Shown in pieces: positions 42,633-52,905 of a stretch of DNA of 64,000 nucleotides. Under the pieces are notes generated by a model, which saw only the letters and a program-made list of their open reading frames with translations, did not search any database and was not told the DNA's origin. The stretch lies in IMG/VR virus record IMGVR_UViG_3300017998_000010, positions 1 through 64,000 of that record. One strand, written 5' to 3'. Source of the stretch: an uncultured virus (IMG/VR IMGVR_UViG_3300017998_000010) (Duplodnaviria > Heunggongvirae > Uroviricota > Caudoviricetes). The stretch's first letter is position 1. Each line of letters starts with the position of its first letter. Made by a program: the position numbers and the translations under genes.

Positions 42633-45600
42633 GTGGTAGATAATATGAAGTTTAAATCTTTAGTTGTGTTACTCATTTTCATTATGAGTGCATTTATTAT
42701 GCCACAACAGATTGCACACTCTACCCCATCAATCACAACAACATCACCAACGGCTTTTGGATATAACTTCCAAAGACACACTTTTAATGCTTCAGGTCTG
42801 ACTTGGTACTTCTATTCAGATGGCATAGACATGAAATGGACATCCACACCAGACTATATCACATTTAACACAATTTATACTGCTGTGACAGGTGTTGCTT
42901 CTGGTAATCTATTTTCTGTGTTTTCTAATGGTCCGTATGTTGCTTATGTACGTGTGACCACCGCAGGTGTATTATACTATCGTTATGGAATAACACAAAC
43001 GAATGGTAGTATTGTTTGGTTAATCTCTGAGACAAAAATAAAAACAAATAATTACTATGTAACAGCACCATCAGTTTGCATAGATACTGCTGGATATTTA
43101 TGGATTGGTTATTGTAACTCAAACGGTGTTATAGGTGGAAATGCTACATATACAGCCGCATATGTTATGAGAAGTGACCGTGACAATGGCACAGTTGGAT
43201 ACCCTATGCCAATAGAACTTGAGAGATCACTTGCTTTTGTACAATATGGTGTTTGCCCAACACCAACAGTTGATGGTCATGTCATCGTTGCTTATGGGAG
43301 CGATTCTACACCACTAAAAACTAAGTCTTTTAACTCTGCATATGGTTTAGATGGAGAACCACTTGGTTCAATTCTTGAACAGGGTATAAAGACACTTTCA
43401 AGTATTGTTTTTGATAGTGGATATAGTTCTCAGTCAGAAAATTGTTTGATCCAGTTGAATAGCATAAGTACCTTTACAGCATCAGCCACCATGTATTCTA
43501 CTGGTAGTGGACCTGTTTATGGAACATTTATAATTTATTATTCTGATGGTACAACTCTCACAATACAAGTGCCACTTAATGGTGATGTTTTAGGTGCTAT
43601 TTACAAATATAATGCGGAACATGGTATTTCAAATGCAAAAGTGATAACCAAGATCACTTATAATGATGCTACCATGTGGGAAAACTTTAGTTCAGACTTA
43701 GAATATTATGTTGATGGTATAGCATCACATGATAGATATGGTGGGGATGATTACTATGGTGGTGTTGGCACACTAAATTATATAAAAACTCTACCTGCAA
43801 TATTTGTTTGGCACTCGTATGTTAATAGCTGGTATTATACCACAGACCCAATAACAGGAAGAGATATTATATATTACAATTTTACATCACCGCTAAGTTC
43901 AACAGAACTAAATAATATTGGTATTACATATCAAACAGACCCATCTCATACATTACAACTCAACTGTACGGTTGTATATGGTGATCACACATCAACCAAA
44001 ACTATTATAAATGTTGCTAAAGATAAGCAATTAACATCACCAGTATCCTTTGTTGGTGGGAAGTCTGTCACAAGTTTTGTGGTAAGTACAAGTTCTTATG
44101 GTTTTCTTGATTCTGGTTATGAAATTCAGAATGTCTTATTTAATTCTACCAACACGGAAAATTCACTTAATAATGCAGTTAGTGATGGAACGTACCTTTA
44201 TGAATCACTATATCAAAGTCCATTAGTCATTAAAAAACTAACCGTAGATGGTCTTTTCCCCGTTGATGTTTGGCAATATAATTCAACACTTCCCGCAAAT
44301 AATACACTGGTATATGATGCTGGTTTCTTATATATTGGCTGTGAAGGATACGGAAACTTAGTAATAACTAAAGTAAATGCGGTAACAATGAAAACAGCAC
44401 AATCATACAAAGCAGACCCAAGTTATAATCTTGATTATGCTCTTGGCTTGTGTTCAGATGGCACATATTTGTATGCATTAGCAAGAAATATGGCAACTAA
44501 TCATCTTGTTGTAGTGAAAATTCTCGAATCTACTATGACATATGATTCCAAGGATGTGACAAGCTATATTTATGTAGGTACAAACACGATTATGTATGAT
44601 GCCGCAGATGGTAATGTCTATATAAGTATGTCACAAGCATCAAATTGTGCGGCTATACAGATGAATACTACAACATTATCCACCACAGGCACATGGAGTG
44701 GTGCAGGTTATGGTGCGAATGTTTATAGTAGTTCGGCATATGGTAGTTTCATATACATTGGTGTAGATTCAAAGATCGTAAAGATAAATATAACACCATT
44801 TATGTTAACCGTAGCTAATTGGTCTGTTCTTCCTAGTTATCATGCAAATCCAACATCCATAGTAAATGATGGTACATATCTATATACTGTATATAATTAT
44901 ACAACACCAGTATTGACAAAAATAGACATAAATACTATGAGTACAATATCATATCTACTTCCATCAGTGGGTGGTAAGAGTGCCAAACTTATCTTTACAA
45001 CAGGTATATTTGATGTTTGTTTTGATAGTGATAGTAGTGCAACTTCAATTAGCAATTATATGTTGTGTTTAAGAACATCTGTATTTAATACTGTTTCTCA
45101 AACCTCATATTCTCTGAAATCATTCTCATCATTCAGTTGTGTCAATAAAGATAATGATGTTTTTATTGCTTATACAACATCGACAAACAAAATAGATTCA
45201 GATTTTTATAGTGGTGAAATGGGGGCTATCACAGCAGAAACAATTCTATATACTTCCTTGGGTACAGCACCATCACCAACAATCTCAAGAAATAGCTATG
45301 AGGATATCTCTGTTATTTGGATGAATGATCCAGTAACGGACAAAATATATTACAATATATATAGAAATTCAACATCTTCATGGAGTGGTGTTACAGTAGG
45401 TATTACTAGTTCTGGTATAACAACAGGAACACCGATAATATCTGTTTATCAATCTTTCTCACCAACAGGTGTAGGTTGGATGACAGGTGCTGGACCACCA
45501 TACACAATTGTAGTAAATGGTCTTTTGACAGGTGATGAACCAACACTAAATTATCTGGTAGTACCAGACTTGAGTGCTGGAATTTCAACGTTCAGGAATA

Positions 45601-46895
45601 TTTATAGCATGGATAAGTATTACACTTTTGTAGCATCTACAACCACAGTAAATTCACCCAATGATGTCACGGATATATATATTACAGCTATGAAAGGGGC
45701 ACAGATTTATTTCAAGGTTCATGGTGCAAGCCTAAATACTGTTCCTGTTTGGTCAATAATTTCCAACTCAACAATAATAAATCTTGACACTGCACACTGT
45801 GTCTGGGCTAAATCAGGCACACTTGGAACGGCAACATTCAAGATTGAAACAAAATGGAATTTCCCAACTACGGCTGATTTAGACTTATATCTTGAGGCTG
45901 TGAATGGTGCTGGTTCTTCAGGCATAATTAAAATGCAAACAGCCTATTGTGATGTTATATCCGATTTAGTTGCAACCATAACGACAACAACACCACAGGT
46001 CTTTCTAGGTGTTCAGATAGCCATAACAGGTGGTGTTTTTTATGAAATTTCTCCTGCAAACATTAATCTGTATACAGTTATGGTTTCACCACCAGATGCA
46101 CAATTTACTAGAGTGGAGGTTTGGAATAAGACTTTAGTTGCCCAAGACCCTGCTATCGTAAATGGTACATATCAGGTTGTTTTCACTCCTTACTTAGCCA
46201 CTGGCAATCAGACATATCATCTTAAACTGTTTATGTTATTACCATTTGTTGCTGGTCCTTCGGCAAACAACGCCACATTAACAGTCTATGTTACTGCAAA
46301 CTTTGTTCCAAGCCTAAGCCCACTTACCATATTACTTCAGCCAGTATTCAACCTTTTTGGTATTGGTGGCGGTGTAGTGGCTATTTGGGCTATGATAACA
46401 TCTATTGGTATATGGTTCGTGGCGTCAATAACTATGATGGTGTCATTTGTTACAACGTTGGGAACGATGTTCTTTAACTTCGCAGTGTTCCTATTTACTT
46501 GGATTTCAATAATGGGAAGTTTTATAATTGCACTTGTTACTATAATGATAAATCTTTTGAATGGTACTAGTACAGCTATAACCTATGGCGGTAATGTTGT
46601 AGGTAGTATCAGTTTTGGTTTAGGAAACATTTGGAACCTCTTTGGTGGTACTAATTTGATAATCTTTATGCCATTTGTTATCTTCATTGTTTGGATACAA
46701 AGCCTAGATTCTCGGCAGGAGACAATGGGTATAGGTTTACTTTCACTTGCACTTAATGACTTCCAAACATTGTACGGACTCATAAACGTGTTGACAGGTT
46801 TCGCTATGTTTATATACTCCGTTGTGTCCGACTGGATCAGATGGATATTTGGTTACTTATCGGGTTTCTTCACACGCCTCTTTTCAAGTATATAG
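42633..46895 (+). CDS. 1420-aa exported beta-rich glycoprotein with C-terminal multi-TM anchor; putative adhesin/receptor-binding spike
   Basis: Signal peptide, repeated DGTYLY propeller-like units, many N-x-S/T sequons, several C-terminal TM helices. Confidence 0.75.
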   Translation: MVDNMKFKSLVVLLIFIMSAFIMPQQIAHSTPSITTTSPTAFGYNFQRHTFNASGLTWYFYSDGIDMKWTSTPDYITFNTIYTAVTGVASGNLFSVFSNGPYVAYVRVTTAGVLYYRYGITQTNGSIVWLISETKIKTNNYYVTAPSVCIDTAGYLWIGYCNSNGVIGGNATYTAAYVMRSDRDNGTVGYPMPIELERSLAFVQYGVCPTPTVDGHVIVAYGSDSTPLKTKSFNSAYGLDGEPLGSILEQGIKTLSSIVFDSGYSSQSENCLIQLNSISTFTASATMYSTGSGPVYGTFIIYYSDGTTLTIQVPLNGDVLGAIYKYNAEHGISNAKVITKITYNDATMWENFSSDLEYYVDGIASHDRYGGDDYYGGVGTLNYIKTLPAIFVWHSYVNSWYYTTDPITGRDIIYYNFTSPLSSTELNNIGITYQTDPSHTLQLNCTVVYGDHTSTKTIINVAKDKQLTSPVSFVGGKSVTSFVVSTSSYGFLDSGYEIQNVLFNSTNTENSLNNAVSDGTYLYESLYQSPLVIKKLTVDGLFPVDVWQYNSTLPANNTLVYDAGFLYIGCEGYGNLVITKVNAVTMKTAQSYKADPSYNLDYALGLCSDGTYLYALARNMATNHLVVVKILESTMTYDSKDVTSYIYVGTNTIMYDAADGNVYISMSQASNCAAIQMNTTTLSTTGTWSGAGYGANVYSSSAYGSFIYIGVDSKIVKINITPFMLTVANWSVLPSYHANPTSIVNDGTYLYTVYNYTTPVLTKIDINTMSTISYLLPSVGGKSAKLIFTTGIFDVCFDSDSSATSISNYMLCLRTSVFNTVSQTSYSLKSFSSFSCVNKDNDVFIAYTTSTNKIDSDFYSGEMGAITAETILYTSLGTAPSPTISRNSYEDISVIWMNDPVTDKIYYNIYRNSTSSWSGVTVGITSSGITTGTPIISVYQSFSPTGVGWMTGAGPPYTIVVNGLLTGDEPTLNYLVVPDLSAGISTFRNIYSMDKYYTFVASTTTVNSPNDVTDIYITAMKGAQIYFKVHGASLNTVPVWSIISNSTIINLDTAHCVWAKSGTLGTATFKIETKWNFPTTADLDLYLEAVNGAGSSGIIKMQTAYCDVISDLVATITTTTPQVFLGVQIAITGGVFYEISPANINLYTVMVSPPDAQFTRVEVWNKTLVAQDPAIVNGTYQVVFTPYLATGNQTYHLKLFMLLPFVAGPSANNATLTVYVTANFVPSLSPLTILLQPVFNLFGIGGGVVAIWAMITSIGIWFVASITMMVSFVTTLGTMFFNFAVFLFTWISIMGSFIIALVTIMINLLNGTSTAITYGGNVVGSISFGLGNIWNLFGGTNLIIFMPFVIFIVWIQSLDSRQETMGIGLLSLALNDFQTLYGLINVLTGFAMFIYSVVSDWIRWIFGYLSGFFTRLFSSI

Positions 46896-46986
46896 TGTGA
46901 TTAAACATACCTAGAGAAATAAAAGACGAAAATAATAGGACAAGCCTAATAGATGGTATGTTTAGCAAACATTTGAGATTAAGTAG

Positions 46987-47703
46987 TTAAAGTAGCCTGT
47001 TAAATAAATTCCATTTATATAGTGTGGACATTTCATTCTTAGAGAATTGAAATTCTAACTCCATTTTCAGCTTTGACACATGTAATACCACAGGATAATG
47101 GGACATTAAGTGGCATAGTTTTTGTGTTGTGCAACTTCCAACCTCAACCAAAATTGGATTATTATTATCCTTTGTAGCATAAATATCAGGTGAGTATTTG
47201 TGTTTATCTATCGTGATAAATCTCTCTCCTGTTGTACACCAACTTTCAACTTTCCATCCCAGACTCTCTAATCGACTACTAATGAGTGCTATAGTAACTA
47301 GGTGGGATGTACCTCCACCTTTGGTGTGATGAACACGTAGTTGGTGTGCTACACTTATTTTTACTCTTTCCTCTTGCGTGTGATGTCTGCCATAATTAGG
47401 GCATAACCCACCAGTTTTACCAAACATAGGACTTTTTTCACCTCTATTAGCATCACCAATTAGTTTTTTTGTTTCCTTTGTGTGATGTTTGCCAAACATA
47501 GAGGTTTTCTCACCAGTTAAATGTATACCAAACGCAGGGCATTTTTCACCTGTCACACCAAACATGGGGTTATTCTCACCTTTATTAATCTCACTTAATA
47601 GCTTTTTTGTTGTGTCTGAGAGATGCTTACCTTTCTTAGCCTCACTCTGTAGTTTTCTTGTTACATCTGATGGGTGTTCTCCTTTCTTTGGCATTTCAAT
47701 CAA
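46987..47703 (-). CDS. NUMOD3-repeat plus PD-(D/E)XK-like nuclease (paralogue)
   Basis: MFGKHHTKE repeats; YSPDIYA...LVEVG. Confidence 0.8.
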   Translation of the reverse strand: MIEMPKKGEHPSDVTRKLQSEAKKGKHLSDTTKKLLSEINKGENNPMFGVTGEKCPAFGIHLTGEKTSMFGKHHTKETKKLIGDANRGEKSPMFGKTGGLCPNYGRHHTQEERVKISVAHQLRVHHTKGGGTSHLVTIALISSRLESLGWKVESWCTTGERFITIDKHKYSPDIYATKDNNNPILVEVGSCTTQKLCHLMSHYPVVLHVSKLKMELEFQFSKNEMSTLYKWNLFNRLL

Positions 47704-47815
47704 TCCATAGTGTACGAGACTATTATATAAGGATTATGGTTTAACAGTAATGATCAACCGTTAACAAATATACATTAACATAACCTTTATAAACACATAT
47801 ATAGTATGATCAACC

Positions 47816-48133
47816 ATGTCTAAAAGAAATAGAATAGATGAATTGGGTGAACAAGCTACACAGACTCTTGCTCAAGTTTATGTTAGATCACCAAAACGGA
47901 TGAGGGGTCTTGTCAAGCCACTGGTTAAGACAGCAATACATACAGAAAGAAAATTCAAACCGTATGTAGAAACAAGCAAAGTAAAAGCAGATATGTGGAT
48001 AGAAACCAACATCAAGGGTAACAGGGCTGTTAGAATAGGAAGTGCTATTGTAAAGCCACTCACATCAAAGAAGAAACCAACACCACAAAAGAAAAAGAAA
48101 AGCATGTTTGAGTCTATAATATCTGTATTCTAA
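47816..48133 (+). CDS. Basic hypothetical protein
   Basis: Class B-like promoter aacataacctttataaac at 47777. Confidence 0.6.
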   Translation: MSKRNRIDELGEQATQTLAQVYVRSPKRMRGLVKPLVKTAIHTERKFKPYVETSKVKADMWIETNIKGNRAVRIGSAIVKPLTSKKKPTPQKKKKSMFESIISVF

Positions 48134-48196
48134 AAAAGTCAGGGAAAACATAACATTTATATATCTATGTTATTATTATTATAACACGATTGTAAG

Positions 48197-48334
48197 ATGG
48201 GAACATATTATATACCAGACGAGCTAGTTATAAGAATATCCAAACTTGGAATCAACATCCATTCTTTTATTAAAACCGCTTTAGAGAAAGCAGTATCTGA
48301 GGAAGAAAAGAAAAAAGAGGTGAAAAGACAATAG
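48197..48334 (+). CDS. 45-aa RHH-type regulator heading the glycosylation island (not in ORF track)
   Basis: MGTYYIPDELVIRISKLGINIHSFIKTALEKAV; promoter aacataacatttatatatc at 48147. Confidence 0.65.
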   Translation: MGTYYIPDELVIRISKLGINIHSFIKTALEKAVSEEEKKKEVKRQ

Positions 48335-48462
48335 AAACAGATTTCATATTTACTGTAGCGGCATCAATGCTAGGTGGTATATTCATCTGGGAGGTTGTTG
48401 CTAGAGTACGTTTGGCAAAGTTAAGGAAACAATTATCTAAGGCATAAACTGAAGGTTTTTTA

Positions 48463-48879
48463 ATGTCAACAACAGAATTAGAATTACTCAAGCAACAAGT
48501 TGAAAACTTAAAGTCACAACTCAAAGTAGCTGAGAATAAGAAGGTTATTGAGGTAAATGAATCTACACAAACAATTGACAACCCAATGTCTAGATTAATT
48601 CTTCTCGGTTTGGATAAGATTTCTGATGATTCAGGTCCAATTGCAAGTTTTTATAAGAAAATTTGGAGTTTTGGTAATTATGCTATTATTTGTGGTATAG
48701 GTGGAACTGCCGTAAATTATTTAGTTCTTTCATCTCTTGTTAGTATTTTACCATTAATTATAGCGGATATTTGTGCAATTCTGGTTGCCGCTTTCTGGAA
48801 CTATTCATTAACAGTTGGTGCATTAGGATACTTAACAGGATTAGCACCCAAGAGAAAGAATAAAGGGCAATGGCTCTAA
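48463..48879 (+). CDS. GtrA-like membrane protein
   Basis: YAIICGIGGTAVNY...AILVAAFWNY. Confidence 0.7.
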   Translation: MSTTELELLKQQVENLKSQLKVAENKKVIEVNESTQTIDNPMSRLILLGLDKISDDSGPIASFYKKIWSFGNYAIICGIGGTAVNYLVLSSLVSILPLIIADICAILVAAFWNYSLTVGALGYLTGLAPKRKNKGQWL

Positions 48880-49430
48880 TGTTTGAAGAATTTTATCTTT
48901 TTTTACTTTCCACAATACCTTCTCTTGGTAATATCCACGTGTGGTCTTTGGTTGTATATATTGCCTTTTGTTTAGTTGCATTTTATAAAATCTCCAAGTA
49001 TTATAATATTGTTATTAGTGCATTATTAACTCTTTTAGTTGGTATAATAGCAAATGATTTTTATGAAACTATCTGGACAGCCTTTGCACAGATTCCATCC
49101 AGAACAGTGTTAATACCACAAGATATGATAATTCTAAGTTCTCTTGTTGTCCTTTTGTTTGTCGTTAATAGAAAAACAGTATTTTTAAGAATAAATAAAA
49201 CTTTTGTTATTTTAATTTCTCTTGAAATTCTTTCATTTTTTGTATTATATTTCACAGGGCATTATGAGGTACTTAGACCTTGGTTCTTGTCTGGTGGACA
49301 AACACCAGACCCACATAATTGGTTATGGATGATCAATAAGGGTTTGGGTGCTTTTGCTTTATATCCGCTTATATTGAGTAAGGAACAGCGAAATTTAAGA
49401 TTGAAGGGGGGAAAGAGAAAACGTCAATAA
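48870..49430 (+). CDS. Multi-TM protein, family member 1
   Basis: HVWS, NDFYETIW, TPDPHNWLWMINKGLG. Confidence 0.75.
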   Translation: MALMFEEFYLFLLSTIPSLGNIHVWSLVVYIAFCLVAFYKISKYYNIVISALLTLLVGIIANDFYETIWTAFAQIPSRTVLIPQDMIILSSLVVLLFVVNRKTVFLRINKTFVILISLEILSFFVLYFTGHYEVLRPWFLSGGQTPDPHNWLWMINKGLGAFALYPLILSKEQRNLRLKGGKRKRQ

Positions 49431-49441
49431 TCGACTTCTGG

Positions 49442-49993
49442 TTGTGGATTTATAATCTTTTATTATTAGAAGTTCATATTGGTGGTTATCAGCTTCACGT
49501 TTGGTCATTTGTAACATATGCAGTTTTCTGTTTTGTGGCTTTCTATAAAATATCTAGATATACAAACATTGTCTATGCCCTTATGTTAGCTTATTTATTG
49601 GGTGCTTTTGGAAATGATCTTTATGAATCCATTTGGCAGTATATGACATATGAGACAAATATAAATTCCTATTTTATGCAGTATATTGTTGTGGTTATCG
49701 GATTGTTTGTAGCACTTATTGTCTGTAATTATTTGTTTAAATTCATACATCTAACCAAACTGAGCATTGCTTTATATTTGATTGAACTTTCAACATTTTA
49801 TATCTTCACATTTACAGGTTACTATCCACTAGTACGTGCTTGGTTGGCTTCTGGTATGACAACACCAAATCCACATGATTGGCTGTGGATGATTAACAAG
49901 GGACTTGGCGTATGGTTCCTATACCCAATGATACTTAACAAAAAGCAACATGAGGAACGAACGAAGAAACATGAACAACCCAAAACTAAGTAA
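49442..49993 (+). CDS. Multi-TM protein, family member 2
   Basis: HVWS, NDLYESIW, TPNPHDWLWMINKGLG. Confidence 0.75.
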   Translation: MWIYNLLLLEVHIGGYQLHVWSFVTYAVFCFVAFYKISRYTNIVYALMLAYLLGAFGNDLYESIWQYMTYETNINSYFMQYIVVVIGLFVALIVCNYLFKFIHLTKLSIALYLIELSTFYIFTFTGYYPLVRAWLASGMTTPNPHDWLWMINKGLGVWFLYPMILNKKQHEERTKKHEQPKTK

Positions 49994-50618
49994 AAATATA
50001 AATGTTATAGTGACTTGGGTTATTCCAATTTTGATCATTATATATTGTACCATTCCTATTTTACAGACCAAAAGTATATATGCAGTATCACAGATTCCAT
50101 TCACAATTAATTATGTTCATAGTTATTCTATGATATTGTTTTCAATTGCTTTTATGATGTATCAAAGAGTATTAAAACATATTCCTATTATAACTAGAAT
50201 AGTTGCTTCTTTTCTCATAGTTGCCATACATAGTTACTTTGGTGGATTTCTATGGGACTTCAATAACTTTGCAATAAATGGTGTTTGGAATATCATGTTC
50301 ATCACGGATGTGACCGTAATTGTGTGGTTTTACTGGATTCTTCTAATTTTGAATAAACACTATCCAATATTGAAGAAAAAGTTGAGTATTTCTGATAAAC
50401 TAAAGACAGTAGGGCTTCTACTTTTACAGGGAATTGGTTATCTTGCTTTGTGGATTAATGGTTTCTGGACACACTTTGCCGTCGGTAGTTCCTATAATTA
50501 TGATCCAAACGCCAATGTCTTTTGGCTGTTTATGCGTACAACAACGTTCTTCCTATTTTACTACCTAGTTGAGCATGGTAAAGAAGAAAATTATAAAATT
50601 GAATCACCAAGGTTTTAA
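49950..50618 (+). CDS. Multi-TM protein, distant family member
   Basis: VHSYS, GFLWD, YDPNANVFW at equivalent positions. Confidence 0.65.
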   Translation: MRNERRNMNNPKLSKNINVIVTWVIPILIIIYCTIPILQTKSIYAVSQIPFTINYVHSYSMILFSIAFMMYQRVLKHIPIITRIVASFLIVAIHSYFGGFLWDFNNFAINGVWNIMFITDVTVIVWFYWILLILNKHYPILKKKLSISDKLKTVGLLLLQGIGYLALWINGFWTHFAVGSSYNYDPNANVFWLFMRTTTFFLFYYLVEHGKEENYKIESPRF

Positions 50619-50620
50619 AA

Positions 50621-51292
50621 ATGGATGAAGCAACTTTAATGTCACTATTAGCATATTTTGTGATGTGGATACTTCCTGCTTTTGCAATAATGTTCTACTA
50701 CTATAAAACATCAAAGTTAAACAAAATATATATATTTTTGTATATTGGTCTTTTATTTACACTATTTATGCAAGTATTTTATACATTTATACAGTCTAAT
50801 GGATCATATTTAACATATATATTAAATGCTACTTCTATAACATATTTAATATCTTTTTATGGTTTTATTGGTCTTTCATTTATAATGTACCTTATGGTTG
50901 ATAGAAAATGGGACTTCCCACAAGCATTTGCTATTTCGGTTGTGTCTGTTGGTGTAGGAAGATTTTTCTGGGAAGCACCAACAATTATATATAACGTACT
51001 TCAAAAAGGATTTGTGATAGATATTTTCTTACAGCTTGTTGGTCTTTTGTTTGTTCTTTTCATATATATTACCTGTGGATGGAAAAGTGATAGAAAAACA
51101 ATAATTGCTGTTTTATCTGGTGTTATCATTTCAATATTATTCTTATATTTTAGATCACCAGTTCCAACAGAGAATAGTAGTATTATAGCTAGTTATTGGA
51201 ATTCACCTTATTTTATGATCAACAGGTTTATAAACATCTTGATAGTACTATATTGTGTTAATAAATCGAAACCTATGGAGAAATCTAAATAG
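50621..51292 (+). CDS. Multi-TM protein
   Basis: About 7 hydrophobic helices; FFWEAP and YFMINR. Confidence 0.65.
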   Translation: MDEATLMSLLAYFVMWILPAFAIMFYYYKTSKLNKIYIFLYIGLLFTLFMQVFYTFIQSNGSYLTYILNATSITYLISFYGFIGLSFIMYLMVDRKWDFPQAFAISVVSVGVGRFFWEAPTIIYNVLQKGFVIDIFLQLVGLLFVLFIYITCGWKSDRKTIIAVLSGVIISILFLYFRSPVPTENSSIIASYWNSPYFMINRFINILIVLYCVNKSKPMEKSK

Positions 51293-51334
51293 AATGTCTA
51301 TTGTTAGAATGTGTTGTTTCTGGTGATTTAAAAA

Positions 51335-51967
51335 GTGAAAGGACATAACTATGGACTCTGCCGTAAGTGTGGCAAGGTACACATACATCCGTTTAATGGA
51401 AAGCCCAGAAGCAGGGAATGGGGGGATAATATATCAAAAACTAAGAAAGGTATGTGTGTTTCAGAAGAACAAAAAGAAAAGACATCTAAAAGTTTAAAAA
51501 AATTATATGAAAATGGTGAACGAACCGTTTGGAATATTGGTAAAACTAAGTATAATAATGAAAGTGTAAAAAGAATTAGTGATGCTAATATAGGGCACAT
51601 TCCTTGGAATAAAGGAAAAACAAATGTCTATTCACAAAAAACATTAGATTCAATTAGTAATAAACTTCATATATATTTTGAAAATGATGCTAAATATCTT
51701 AATATTTCAAGAGAGTCTGATGAACATAAAACTATAAAAAATAAAATAGCAAACGAAATACGTTCTCTTGGTATGGTTGTAGAAACAGAGAGATTTATAA
51801 CAATTAATGGACATCGTTATGCTGTAGATGTTTATGCAAAAAAGCAAAATGGTGATGTTATGATTTTTGAGGTAGGAAATTGTAAAAAGAAAAAGATGAA
51901 TGATTTACAAACACATTATTCACTTATATTTCATGTGCCAAAAACCAGTGGTGGTCGTTTAGTATGA
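51335..51967 (+). CDS. NUMOD3-like plus PD-(D/E)XK-like nuclease (divergent paralogue)
   Basis: PWNKGKT; ERFITINGHRYAVDVYA...FEVG. Confidence 0.7.
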   Translation: MKGHNYGLCRKCGKVHIHPFNGKPRSREWGDNISKTKKGMCVSEEQKEKTSKSLKKLYENGERTVWNIGKTKYNNESVKRISDANIGHIPWNKGKTNVYSQKTLDSISNKLHIYFENDAKYLNISRESDEHKTIKNKIANEIRSLGMVVETERFITINGHRYAVDVYAKKQNGDVMIFEVGNCKKKKMNDLQTHYSLIFHVPKTSGGRLV

Positions 51968-52905
51968 TCATTACAAGAACACCTTTACGTATAACACTTG
52001 GGGGTGGTGGAACAGACATACCAGAATACTATCAAGAAAACGGTGGTTTCTGGATTTCAGCTACAATCGACAAATACATATATATAGCTATAAACACTAG
52101 GTTTGAGAAAGAACTTAGAATAGTTTATTCAAATCTAGAAATTACTAAAGGCAATCGAGATATTCAACATCCAATAATCAGGGAGATATTCAAGAAGTTT
52201 AACATATGGCAGAATCAGGAATTTATCACATTTGCTGATCTACCCGGAAGTTCAGGATTAGGTTCTTCTGGTGCTTTCACAGTTGGTGCAATAAAGGCAT
52301 TTAATCCTACAATAAGTAAAACCGACTTGGCTGAACAGGCATATTCCATTGAACGGAACAATCTTTCAAGACCCATCGGAAAGCAGGATCAATATTCGGC
52401 TTCTTTTGGTGGAACTAGAGTTTATATGATTGGTAGGGATGGTAAAGTTGATGATATAATTCTCACAGAACCAGAACTTACAAACCACTTAATGTTAATT
52501 TATACCTCAAATATACGTGATTCGGGAAGGATACTCAATACTGTAAAGGAATCCACACGGCAACTTAAAGATATTGAAGAGATTGGTAGAGAATCCGCTA
52601 AGGCTATTATGAATCTGGATTATCAAAAACTTGGTGAACTTATGGATGATCACTGGAAAATTAAAAAGACAATTTCACCTGAGATGTCTACACCAGAGAT
52701 AGATAATCTCTATGATGAATTGAGACAAAACGGTGCTATTGGTGGAAAATTAGTCGGTGCAGGTAGTGGTGGATTCCTCATGGTAGTTATTCCAGATAAT
52801 AAAACAAGAACAAAAATTCTTCAGTCTGGTTGTTTCGAGAGTAGGGCATATGTTCCATTCAAAATGACATATACAGGCTCAGAGGTGATAGCAGGTGACA
52901 GCTAG
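51964..52905 (+). CDS. hddA: GHMP kinase, D-glycero-alpha-D-manno-heptose-7-phosphate kinase-like
   Basis: TPLRITLGGGGTD, PGSSGLGSSG, GKQDQY, GGKLVGAGSGG. Confidence 0.85.
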   Translation: MIITRTPLRITLGGGGTDIPEYYQENGGFWISATIDKYIYIAINTRFEKELRIVYSNLEITKGNRDIQHPIIREIFKKFNIWQNQEFITFADLPGSSGLGSSGAFTVGAIKAFNPTISKTDLAEQAYSIERNNLSRPIGKQDQYSASFGGTRVYMIGRDGKVDDIILTEPELTNHLMLIYTSNIRDSGRILNTVKESTRQLKDIEEIGRESAKAIMNLDYQKLGELMDDHWKIKKTISPEMSTPEIDNLYDELRQNGAIGGKLVGAGSGGFLMVVIPDNKTRTKILQSGCFESRAYVPFKMTYTGSEVIAGDS

